Below the pieces are notes generated by a model. That model was not told the DNA's origin. It made no database searches and worked only from the letters and a program-made list of their open reading frames with translations. Positions 1 through 7,610 of a stretch of DNA of 64,000 nt are shown here, piece after piece. This DNA comes from Thermoplasmatales archaeon SG8-52-3 (GTDB lineage: Archaea; Thermoplasmatota; E2; DHVEG-1), in NCBI GenBank assembly GCA_001595915.1, contig LSSG01000032.1:23142-87141 (forward strand), written 5' to 3'. Every line of letters begins with the position of its first letter. Position 1 is the first letter of the stretch. Both the position numbers and the translations under genes were made by a program.

Positions 1-554
1 AAAGATTTGAAAATATAATTTTTATTTCTAATCTCAAGCATTAGATATTTTTTAGTAATTCTTGATATCTCTGTAATTGCTTTGTATAAATCATTCTTAT
101 GAATATGATGCAAGGTGTTCAGGCATACTGAAAAGTCAAAACTCTTATCAATAAATGGTAGATTTAATAAATCGCCCTGTAAAAATGTAACATTTTTGAA
201 TAAATTCTTATTTTTTCTAGCAATATCAATAGTTTCTTTTAGAAAATCAATTCCAACAATATTTTTATAATTATTATTTTTTGCAATTTCAAAAGTAAAA
301 TTTCCAATTCCACATGCTATATCAATAACATTTGAGATTTCAGAATCTTTTTTAATAATTTTATCTAAGATTGATGTGTAAATTTTCCACATTCTACGTT
401 TTTTTATCTGTTTTTCAACATCATCTTTATTTTTTAAACTGTAAAATTTTTTGTTTTCCTCAGCACTTTTTTTAAAATAATTTTTTACAAACTCGTAATG
501 TGCTTCTTTTTCATTTTCAGACTTAATAATATCTTCCTCTTCTACATTTTTCAA
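1..554 (-). CDS. Class I SAM-dependent methyltransferase (partial, 3' end runs off the window)
   Basis: Absent from the ORF track because there is no stop inside the window. Minus-strand translation from TTG at 554 (an in-frame TAA at 567-569 limits the start) reads MKNVEEEDIIKSENEKEAHYEF...VIDIACGIGNFTFEIAKNNNYKNIVGIDFLKETIDIARKN...LQGDLLNLPFIDKSFDFSVCLNTLHHI. This contains Rossmann SAM-binding motif I (DxACGxGN), the post-I acidic residue and a motif II/III region. Confidence 0.7.
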   Translation of the reverse strand, partial: MKNVEEEDIIKSENEKEAHYEFVKNYFKKSAEENKKFYSLKNKDDVEKQIKKRRMWKIYTSILDKIIKKDSEISNVIDIACGIGNFTFEIAKNNNYKNIVGIDFLKETIDIARKNKNLFKNVTFLQGDLLNLPFIDKSFDFSVCLNTLHHIHKNDLYKAITEISRITKKYLMLEIRNKNYIFKS

Positions 555-579
555 TAGGTTTATTTCTTAAAATTTATCT

Positions 580-1545
580 TTATCTTTCTTTAAACGAAAA
601 AAACATTCCTAATAAAGTTGGAATTATCATTTTTACTATATAACCACATAATGATATAACAAAAGCAATTTCTGCTTCCACTCCAAATGGTAGTAATAAA
701 AACACAAATGCCCCTTCTCTAACACCTAAACCTCCTATTGAAATGGGTATTAAAGAATAAGCAATAACTGATAAGGTATGCAACATTAAAAATGTTAAAT
801 ATGGAATATCAACAGAAAATCCTATTGCAATTATATACACTTGGGTACCAATTATAATCCAAGTAATAAGATCAAAAAAAACAGGAACTATCATTTCCCT
901 AATTCTAGGCATATCCTTATATAATAATTCAACAGATTGATCAATTCCTACTCTATATTTTATTGGTATTAACGGTCTAATAAAAATCTTGAAAAATTTA
1001 CTTCCACCACTTTTTTTCATAAAAATGACTAACAATGAAATATGAAGAAGAAACAGTAATATTATTAATGGAAGAAGTCCAGGATAATAATTAAAAAGAT
1101 ATATAGTTCCAATAAGACCTATAAAAATACCTGTTATAATAGCTAATTCAAAATCTATAATTGAATTTGCAAGTAGTTTACCGATTGATTCTTTAGACTT
1201 CTTTTTCAAATAAAAAATTCTTAAATGTAAACCAATTGCACCAGGTGTTAAATTGCCATAGAAAATCCCAATCAAGTAGATTTTTACTAAATTAAAGTAG
1301 TCAATATTTATCTTCATTTTTTTACAAATATAACCCCATTTATAAGAATAAACAAATATTCTAAGAAAAACAATCAGAAGCGCAAGAATAAAATATTGAA
1401 TTGGAATTGAAAAAAAAGCATCTGCGATTTTTCCCACTCCAATCTCATATACTATATAAATGAATATTATTACACCAATTATTGGTAGAAATTTTACCAA
1501 TTTTTTAAGATTATTTTTTTCCATCAAATATGAAAGGTGTAACAT
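580..1545 (-). CDS. Polytopic membrane protein, UPF0104 / LPG_synthase_TM (flippase-like) family
   Basis: 321 aa with about 8 hydrophobic helices. The C-proximal GGLGVREGAFVFLL motif and the overall layout are typical of the flippase-like domain found in MprF/AglD-type proteins. Confidence 0.6.
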   Translation of the reverse strand: MLHLSYLMEKNNLKKLVKFLPIIGVIIFIYIVYEIGVGKIADAFFSIPIQYFILALLIVFLRIFVYSYKWGYICKKMKINIDYFNLVKIYLIGIFYGNLTPGAIGLHLRIFYLKKKSKESIGKLLANSIIDFELAIITGIFIGLIGTIYLFNYYPGLLPLIILLFLLHISLLVIFMKKSGGSKFFKIFIRPLIPIKYRVGIDQSVELLYKDMPRIREMIVPVFFDLITWIIIGTQVYIIAIGFSVDIPYLTFLMLHTLSVIAYSLIPISIGGLGVREGAFVFLLLPFGVEAEIAFVISLCGYIVKMIIPTLLGMFFSFKER

Positions 1546-1704
1546 TTATTCAATTAATAATTTCCCCTAAAAAAGTAAATATTTTCAATATATTACTTAA
1601 AATTGCATTTGATTTTTTCCAAGTTATTTTAATAAAAAGAGCCTAAAATAGAACTTTCAATTTTCCACAAGAATAAAAAAAGATAATTACTTACTCCCTA
1701 CTCA

Positions 1705-2709
1705 TTGAAAATTGATATTTTTGAAAAAGCAAAAAAATTTCTACCATTGTTAGGACTTGTAGTACTAATAATAATAATTTTTAATCTGGATGTAAATAAG
1801 ATTATAGATGCTTTCTTTTTAATAAATCCAATTTACATATTATTAGCATTATCCTTAACAATTCCAAGAGTACTAATTAGAAATTATAGTTGGCAACTAA
1901 TACAAAAAGAGCAAAAAATCAAAATTAGCTACTTTCAGTCTTTAAAGTGTTTCATGATAGGATATTTTTATGCAAGCTGGACTCCAGGATTTATTGGACA
2001 GTTAATGAGAGTTCCTTATATGAAAGAAAAAACAGGGGAACCTTATGGTAAACTATTTGTTAACACATTTATTGAAGTAACAGTTCGTCAAGTAGCAATA
2101 TATACAATGATAGTTGGTGGATTATTAATTATACTTGATCAGTTTTCAGATCTTGAGATAACAAGAATACTTCCAATTATTATTGCTATTCTGATAGGAA
2201 TCCAAGCAATAATCATAATTTATTTTATTAAAAAAGAACGTGGTGAAAAATTCTTCAACATATTTGTTAAATATTTAATTCCAAAAAAGCTAAAAGACCC
2301 TTCTTCAAAATTTGTAGATACCTTTTACAAAGATTTTCCTAGAATTAGTCGTTTAATTATACCACTATTACTTGGTTTTATATGTTGGATACTTATTTTT
2401 TCTCAAGAATATATAATTGTCTATGCATTAGGAGCAAATATTCCATATCTAAGCTTCATCTTACTTTATCCTGTTGCAAATATTGCTGGATATATCCCTG
2501 TAACATTTGCCGGTCTTGGTTTTCGTGAATTAACATCTATAATAATATTTTCAACACTTTTTGGAGTGGGTGAAGAAATAGTATTAGTATTTACTCTTCT
2601 AGGATTTATTATCACAGATGTTGTTACCGGTTTTGCAGGGTTTTTAGTATCTTTAACAGAAGCAAGAAAAACAGATGTTACAGGTTTTAAAAAGATGTTA
2701 TCAAAATGA
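1705..2709 (+). CDS. Polytopic membrane protein, UPF0104 / LPG_synthase_TM (flippase-like) family, paralog of 580..1545
   Basis: 334 aa with the same architecture as its neighbour and the equivalent motif AGLGFRELTSIIIF. TTG start. Divergently arranged from the paralog across a 159-nt AT-rich spacer. Confidence 0.6.
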   Translation: MKIDIFEKAKKFLPLLGLVVLIIIIFNLDVNKIIDAFFLINPIYILLALSLTIPRVLIRNYSWQLIQKEQKIKISYFQSLKCFMIGYFYASWTPGFIGQLMRVPYMKEKTGEPYGKLFVNTFIEVTVRQVAIYTMIVGGLLIILDQFSDLEITRILPIIIAILIGIQAIIIIYFIKKERGEKFFNIFVKYLIPKKLKDPSSKFVDTFYKDFPRISRLIIPLLLGFICWILIFSQEYIIVYALGANIPYLSFILLYPVANIAGYIPVTFAGLGFRELTSIIIFSTLFGVGEEIVLVFTLLGFIITDVVTGFAGFLVSLTEARKTDVTGFKKMLSK

Positions 2710-3345
2710 TTAATTATTTTTTATTAAATAAAAAGATTCCCATCTTGAAGTTGGAAATGGATTATTTCCTATTCTTTTTATAATCTTGATATTTTTATGG
2801 AGTTTTATACAATCCTCAACTGCTTTACTTGCTCCATATATTTCTCTAACAATAATTTTACTATTGGTTTTTGCTGTTTTAAAAATATGATGCAATATAT
2901 CGATTTTTGGAATTGAACAGCTTGATATTATAATTGTATCAAATTCTTTTAAAGGATAGTTTCTTCCATCTCCAAGGTCAACTGATATTTTGTTCTGTAA
3001 ATTTTTTCTTTCAATTACCTTAACGGCTCGCTTAATTGCTCTTGGGTCAATATCAATTGCAACAACCTTGCCACCATTGTATTTAGCAAGAGAAATTGCT
3101 GTTACTGGATATGAACCACATCCTATGTGTAAAATTTTTTTTGAGTCAGAAATGTTGAAAAGATTTCCCTCCTTTTCATATTCCTTTGACAATGTATTTT
3201 CATATAATAATGCAAATCTTTTTATTTTACAGGCAATAAAATCAATTGCTTTCCAAAAATAAGTGAACCTGGATATGTTAAATCTTGTTTTAAATGAATA
3301 TTTAGAAACCGAACAAATCTTTTCAGAATTAGTATCTTTATTCAT
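2710..3345 (-). CDS. SAM-dependent methyltransferase-fold protein (weakly nicotianamine-synthase-like)
   Basis: 211 aa. ILHIGCGSYPVTAISLA...KVVAIDIDPRAI...FDTIIISS supplies motif I, the post-I acidic residue and motif II. The GxGxxPxTxIxLA spelling recalls NAS-like aminoalkyl transferases, but this is a weak assignment. Confidence 0.5.
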   Translation of the reverse strand: MNKDTNSEKICSVSKYSFKTRFNISRFTYFWKAIDFIACKIKRFALLYENTLSKEYEKEGNLFNISDSKKILHIGCGSYPVTAISLAKYNGGKVVAIDIDPRAIKRAVKVIERKNLQNKISVDLGDGRNYPLKEFDTIIISSCSIPKIDILHHIFKTAKTNSKIIVREIYGASKAVEDCIKLHKNIKIIKRIGNNPFPTSRWESFYLIKNN

Positions 3346-3493
3346 TATATTTCTTCAACCTAATTAACACCCATTAACTTAGTTAAGAATTAAATAATTT
3401 TCTAATATATATTAGTTATACCACAATTAATAAAAACATTTAATAATTATGGTATCTCAAGCTGAATAAACTGGTAAATACTATGTGATGTAA

Positions 3494-4438
3494 ATGTCGG
3501 GCGAGGGCATTGGTTTTGGTAAGGCTATTTTATTTAATGAACATTTTGTGGTATATGGAGTACCAGCGATAGTTTCTGCAATTGGAAAATATACTGTTGC
3601 AAAACTTAATCAAATCGATAAACCTGGTTGGACACTTATCGATGAAAGAAAAGCAACTCCAAACTATAAGGAAGAAAAAATTGATCAGCAAAAAGATTCA
3701 ATAAATCGAATTTTGAAAAAAATGGATATTGATTTATCAAAAAAAGGACTGGAGATAACACTTGATGGAACATTGTATTGTGCAAGTGGAATAGGTGCAA
3801 GCGCAGCTTCATGTGTTGCAATTGCTAGAGCCCTATCTGAACATTTTAATCTAAATTTATCTGATGAAGAAATAAATGAAGCTGCATTTGAAGGTGAAAA
3901 AGGATATCATGGAAGTCCATCTGGAATAGATAATACAGCATCAACCTTTGGTGGTCTCATATGGTTTGAGAAAGGTGAAAATCAGGTTATGGATAAAATC
4001 TCTATTCCTGCTCCTATTGAAATAGTAATGGGTAATACCGGTAAGGTAGCAAATACAGCCGCAGCGGTTGCAGGTGTGCGTGAGAGAAGAGAAAGAAATC
4101 CTGAAAAATACAAAGAAATATTTGATAGGGCTGAAAATATCGCTTATTTAGCTAGAAATGCTCTTAAAAATGAGGATCACAAAGAGCTTGGTAAATTAAT
4201 GAATGAGAATCATAAGCTTCTTCAACAAATAGAGGTTTCTTCAAGAGAACTTGATTTCATTGTAAAACTTGCAAGGGATAATGGTGCATTTGGCGCTAAA
4301 CTTACTGGTGGTGGACTTGGTGGTAGTATAATTGCACTTACTCCTGATAAAAAGATACAGGAAGAAGTTGCAAATGCTATTGAAAAAGAAGGATTCCAAA
4401 CTTTACAAACTGTTATAGGTGCATCTAGAGAGAGGTAA
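3494..4438 (+). CDS. mvk: Mevalonate kinase
   Basis: 314 aa with GHMP-kinase motifs: GKAILFNEHFVVYG (N-terminal MVK motif), GIGASAASCVAIARA (phosphate-binding motif 2) and KLTGGGLGGSIIAL (motif 3). Confidence 0.9.
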   Translation: MSGEGIGFGKAILFNEHFVVYGVPAIVSAIGKYTVAKLNQIDKPGWTLIDERKATPNYKEEKIDQQKDSINRILKKMDIDLSKKGLEITLDGTLYCASGIGASAASCVAIARALSEHFNLNLSDEEINEAAFEGEKGYHGSPSGIDNTASTFGGLIWFEKGENQVMDKISIPAPIEIVMGNTGKVANTAAAVAGVRERRERNPEKYKEIFDRAENIAYLARNALKNEDHKELGKLMNENHKLLQQIEVSSRELDFIVKLARDNGAFGAKLTGGGLGGSIIALTPDKKIQEEVANAIEKEGFQTLQTVIGASRER

Positions 4439-4443
4439 TAATT

Positions 4444-5754
4444 ATGAATCTTCGTAGTTTTCTTACTAAACTTGAAAATGAAAGTAAACTTGTTCGGATA
4501 AAAAGAGAAGTATCTGTTAGAAATGAGATTGCAGATGTTATTTATTCTCTAAATGAGCAACCCGTTATTTTTGAAAAAGTTAAGAGTTATCCTTATCCAA
4601 TTTTTGCAGGAATTACTTCAAATCGTGATATTATTGCTGATGGACTTGGCACTATAAAGGATAAGCTTTTGTTTAAACTAGTAGATGCTTTACGTAATCC
4701 TTCTGAACCAAATTTAATTGATAAGGCACCATGTCAAGAAGTTATTATAAAAAATCCAGATATTAGCAAACTTCCACTTTTATATCATCTTAATGGAGAT
4801 GGTGGCAGGTATGCTACTGCAACAGTTGCAACAATAAAAGATCCAGATACTGGACGTAATGTTTCTTATCATCGTTTAATGGAGATAGGAAAAAACAAAT
4901 TTACAGCCCGTCTTATTCAAAAAAGGCAGACTCGTACCACTTATGATAAAATTAAGGGTGATCTTGAGATGGCAGTTTGTATTGGTAATTCGGTACCTGT
5001 TATGATTGCAGCATCTTTAGGTCCCCCATCTGGCGTTGATGAGTTCAGTATTGCCAACTCACTTGATAAAACTGATTTAGTAAAATGTATCACAAAAGAC
5101 CTTGAAGTTCCAGCTGAATCTGAATTTGTTATAGAGGGTAGACTTACCCGAGATCTTGATCGTGAGGGGCCATTTGTTGATCTTACTGAAACAAGAGATT
5201 TTGAAAGACAGGAACCTGTTTTTGAGGTTGATTGTATAACACATAGAAAGGATGCAATGTATCAAGCCTTACTACCTGGAAAATTTGAACATAAGTTACT
5301 TATGGGGATGCCTAAGGAACCAACAATTTATGATGAAGTAAGTAAGGTTGCTGATTGTAAAAATGTTTATGTAACAATGGGTGGGGGTTCTTGGCTACAT
5401 GGTATTGTTCAAATTAAAAAGAAAAATCCTGATGATGGTAAAAAGGCAATTGAAGCTGCTTTCAATGGTCATAAGAGTATGAAACACGTGACAATTGTAG
5501 ATGAGGATGTAGATATTTTCAACCCTATTGCTGTTGAATGGGCAATGGCTACTAGATTTCAGGGAGATAAAGACATGATAGTAAAACCCGATCAATCAGG
5601 TAGTTCTCTTGATCCATCTGGAAAACATGAACCTGGTAAAAAAACACTAACAACCAAGATTGGATTTGATGCAACAATACCTTTTGATGTTGATAAGAAC
5701 AAATATGAGGTTGTTAAATATAGAGAAGTTGATTCAAATGATTACCTCAGGTGA
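4444..5754 (+). CDS. UbiD-family decarboxylase, candidate trans-anhydromevalonate-5-phosphate decarboxylase of the archaeal mevalonate pathway
   Basis: 436 aa, full-length collinear with UbiD-type (prenylated-FMN dependent) decarboxylases. It starts 5 nt after mvk and sits upstream of both AcnX-type dehydratase subunits, which is the gene context that defines the archaeal modified mevalonate route. Confidence 0.75.
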   Translation: MNLRSFLTKLENESKLVRIKREVSVRNEIADVIYSLNEQPVIFEKVKSYPYPIFAGITSNRDIIADGLGTIKDKLLFKLVDALRNPSEPNLIDKAPCQEVIIKNPDISKLPLLYHLNGDGGRYATATVATIKDPDTGRNVSYHRLMEIGKNKFTARLIQKRQTRTTYDKIKGDLEMAVCIGNSVPVMIAASLGPPSGVDEFSIANSLDKTDLVKCITKDLEVPAESEFVIEGRLTRDLDREGPFVDLTETRDFERQEPVFEVDCITHRKDAMYQALLPGKFEHKLLMGMPKEPTIYDEVSKVADCKNVYVTMGGGSWLHGIVQIKKKNPDDGKKAIEAAFNGHKSMKHVTIVDEDVDIFNPIAVEWAMATRFQGDKDMIVKPDQSGSSLDPSGKHEPGKKTLTTKIGFDATIPFDVDKNKYEVVKYREVDSNDYLR

Positions 5755-6055
5755 GGGAAAATATAAGGTTTTTATTAAAAAAATCAAAAATGGAGACGAC
5801 CTCATTTATATTCTAGGTGGAGGAGAACGTTCTCATATCGGTGGAGTTGTTATCTGTGAACCTGGAATTAAAACAAATTCTATTCGAATAAAAGGGCATT
5901 ATGATGATATCGTTCTTAAACCAATAGCTGAGGTAGCTTGTGAAAAATATAATAAAAAGGTTGTTGCAATTGGGGGAGTTCATGTAGATAATGCTTCAAA
6001 AGAAGAAATAGATATATTGGTAAAAAATTGTAAGGAGTTGGTAAAATACATTTAA
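5738..6055 (+). CDS. Small LpdD-like protein (putative UbiD-associated / prenylated-flavin chaperone-like subunit)
   Basis: 105 aa counted from ATG 5738; the track ORF starts at 5660 but would overlap the UbiD gene by 95 nt. The segments GGGERSHIGGVV, KGHYDDIVLKPIAEVA and VAIGGVHVDNASKEEI line up with my recollection of Lactobacillus LpdD (GGTNPHIGDV, GRFHKDNFISERMAKRI, TAGIHVNQITKAQI). Confidence 0.5.
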   Translation: MITSGEGKYKVFIKKIKNGDDLIYILGGGERSHIGGVVICEPGIKTNSIRIKGHYDDIVLKPIAEVACEKYNKKVVAIGGVHVDNASKEEIDILVKNCKELVKYI

Positions 6056-6099
6056 CAAATGAACAAGAAAAGATACTTAAAGGTGAAAAAGGCGAAGTA

Positions 6100-7230
6100 A
6101 TGGAAAGACTTTTTAGATTGCTAGTCCGACTGGGAGAAATATACAATGCAGATAGTATGATTCCTGTTGGTTCTGTTCAAGTTGCAGGAGTGTCATATAA
6201 GTCAATTGGTGACCCAGGCATGGAATTTTTAGAAGACATTGCTTCAAAAGGAGCAAAAGTAAAAGTTCTAACTTATCTAAATCCAGCAGGAATGGATCTT
6301 GAAAACTGGAAGAAACTTGGTTTTCCAGAGGATTTTGCAAAAAATCAACTTCGAATTATAAATGCTTTTAAAAAAATGGGAATCGTGGTAACCTCCACTT
6401 GTACACCATATTTAGCAGGAAACCTTCCACGTTTCAGGGAACATATTGCTTGGTCAGAATCATCAGCTGTATCATTTTCAAATTCTGTTATTGGCGCAAG
6501 AACAAATAGGGAGGGAGGACCTTCTGCTCTTGCAGCAGCTATCTGTGGAGTTACACCAAATTATGGATTACATTTGTGGGAAAATAGACAGCCAAATGTA
6601 AAAGTTAAAGTAAATTTTAATTTGAATTATAATTCTGATTTCGGCGCTCTAGGTTGGTATGTTGGTAAGCAGGTAAAAAATAAAATCCCTTATTTTACAG
6701 GTATAAAAGATGCAAACACTGATCAACTCAAAGCACTTGGCGCTGCAATGGCTGCATCTGGTGCTGTGGCATTATATCATGTAGAAGGAATTACTCCTGA
6801 GGCTGATAATGTTAAAAAAGAAGGACTTGAGACAATTTCTGTTGGAAAAAAAGAAATCAAGGAAACATATGATAAACTTAACACTGGAAAAAAACCGGAT
6901 ATAGTAATTTTTGGCTGTCCTCATGCATCATTGCGTGAAATTTCACTTCTTGCTGATAAACTTGAAGGTAAACATTTGAAAAGACCAGTTTGGATATGTA
7001 CTTCAAGAATGGTAAAAGAAGCTGCAGAAAGAATGGGCTATAATGAAATAATTGCAAAAGCAGGTGGAAGTATTGTTGCTGATACCTGTATGGTTGTCTC
7101 ACCAATTGAGAAGATGGGATACAAAACAACAGGGGTGAATTCTGGAAAAGCAGCAAATTATCTACCTGGCTTTTGTAAACAAGAAGTGTGTTTTGCAAAT
7201 ATTGATGATCTTGTGGAGGCGCAATTATGA
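6100..7230 (+). CDS. AcnX-type (DUF521) large subunit, candidate phosphomevalonate dehydratase large subunit
   Basis: 376 aa from the first ATG. It belongs to the aconitase-X family (VAGVSYKSIGDPGMEFLEDIA..., CTPYL, GCPHAS) and is followed by the DUF126 small subunit with a 4-nt overlap. The conserved N-terminal segment appears to be encoded upstream of this ATG (see findings). Confidence 0.8.
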   Translation: MERLFRLLVRLGEIYNADSMIPVGSVQVAGVSYKSIGDPGMEFLEDIASKGAKVKVLTYLNPAGMDLENWKKLGFPEDFAKNQLRIINAFKKMGIVVTSTCTPYLAGNLPRFREHIAWSESSAVSFSNSVIGARTNREGGPSALAAAICGVTPNYGLHLWENRQPNVKVKVNFNLNYNSDFGALGWYVGKQVKNKIPYFTGIKDANTDQLKALGAAMAASGAVALYHVEGITPEADNVKKEGLETISVGKKEIKETYDKLNTGKKPDIVIFGCPHASLREISLLADKLEGKHLKRPVWICTSRMVKEAAERMGYNEIIAKAGGSIVADTCMVVSPIEKMGYKTTGVNSGKAANYLPGFCKQEVCFANIDDLVEAQL

Positions 7231-7610
7231 AAGGAAGAACAATATCTCCTGGTAAAGCAGAAGGTGAGGCAATAGTTAGCCCTGAACCTATTGGTTTCTA
7301 TGGCGGAATTGACATAAATACCGGTATTGTAATTGAAAAAGGTCATCCACTTGAAGGACGATGTGTAACAGGTAAGATACTTGTATTTCCTTGTGGTAAA
7401 GGCTCAACAGTCGGGTCCTATGTAATATATGGTCTTAAAAAAAATGACGTTGCACCAGCAGGAATAATAAATAAGGAAACAGAAACAATTGTTGCAACAG
7501 GTGTGATACTTGCAGGTATTCCTTGTATTGATAAAATTGAAATTGAAAAAATAAAAGATGGCAATAAAATATTTTTAGATGCAGACAAAGGAATTGTAGA
7601 GATTAAATAA
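7227..7610 (+). CDS. AcnX-type (DUF126) small subunit, candidate phosphomevalonate dehydratase small subunit
   Basis: 127 aa. GEAIVSPEPIGFYGGID...GKILVFPCGKGSTVGSYVIYGLKKNDVAPAGII is the characteristic DUF126 swivel-domain pattern. ATGA overlap with the large subunit. Confidence 0.8.
   Translation: MKGRTISPGKAEGEAIVSPEPIGFYGGIDINTGIVIEKGHPLEGRCVTGKILVFPCGKGSTVGSYVIYGLKKNDVAPAGIINKETETIVATGVILAGIPCIDKIEIEKIKDGNKIFLDADKGIVEIK

Noticed and set aside
2990-3262. Track ORFs lying antisense or out of frame inside longer, motif-bearing genes. Examples: 2990..3262, 3636..3821, 5077..5265, 5395..5595, 5916..6146, 6113..6340, 6878..7198, 7158..7346, 8305..8572, 9543..9740, 9950..10321, 12489..12686, 14815..15027, 15738..16121, 17026..17298, 20274..20501, 22383..22694, 24503..24793, 27739..28194, 29310..29667, 30141..30323, 30931..31116, 32240..32488, 34054..34308, 37177..37371, 38261..38464, 38787..39032, 40066..40248, 41786..42130, 42491..42679, 48092..49260, 50375..50886, 51412..51603, 55830..56546, 58738..59409, 60714..60896, 62150..62640, 63730..63936.
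   Set aside because: Each is fully or largely embedded in an opposite-strand or other-frame gene that has clear family motifs. Their products are low-complexity (Ile/Leu/Phe/Lys/Asn-rich or Ser/Pro-rich) with no motif, so they are shadow ORFs.
5660-5737. The upstream extension of the LpdD-like ORF given by the track (start at 5660).
   Set aside because: It would overlap the UbiD-family gene by 95 nt and adds a Leu/Met/Ile-rich segment with no counterpart in the family. The internal ATG at 5738 gives a compact 105-aa protein.
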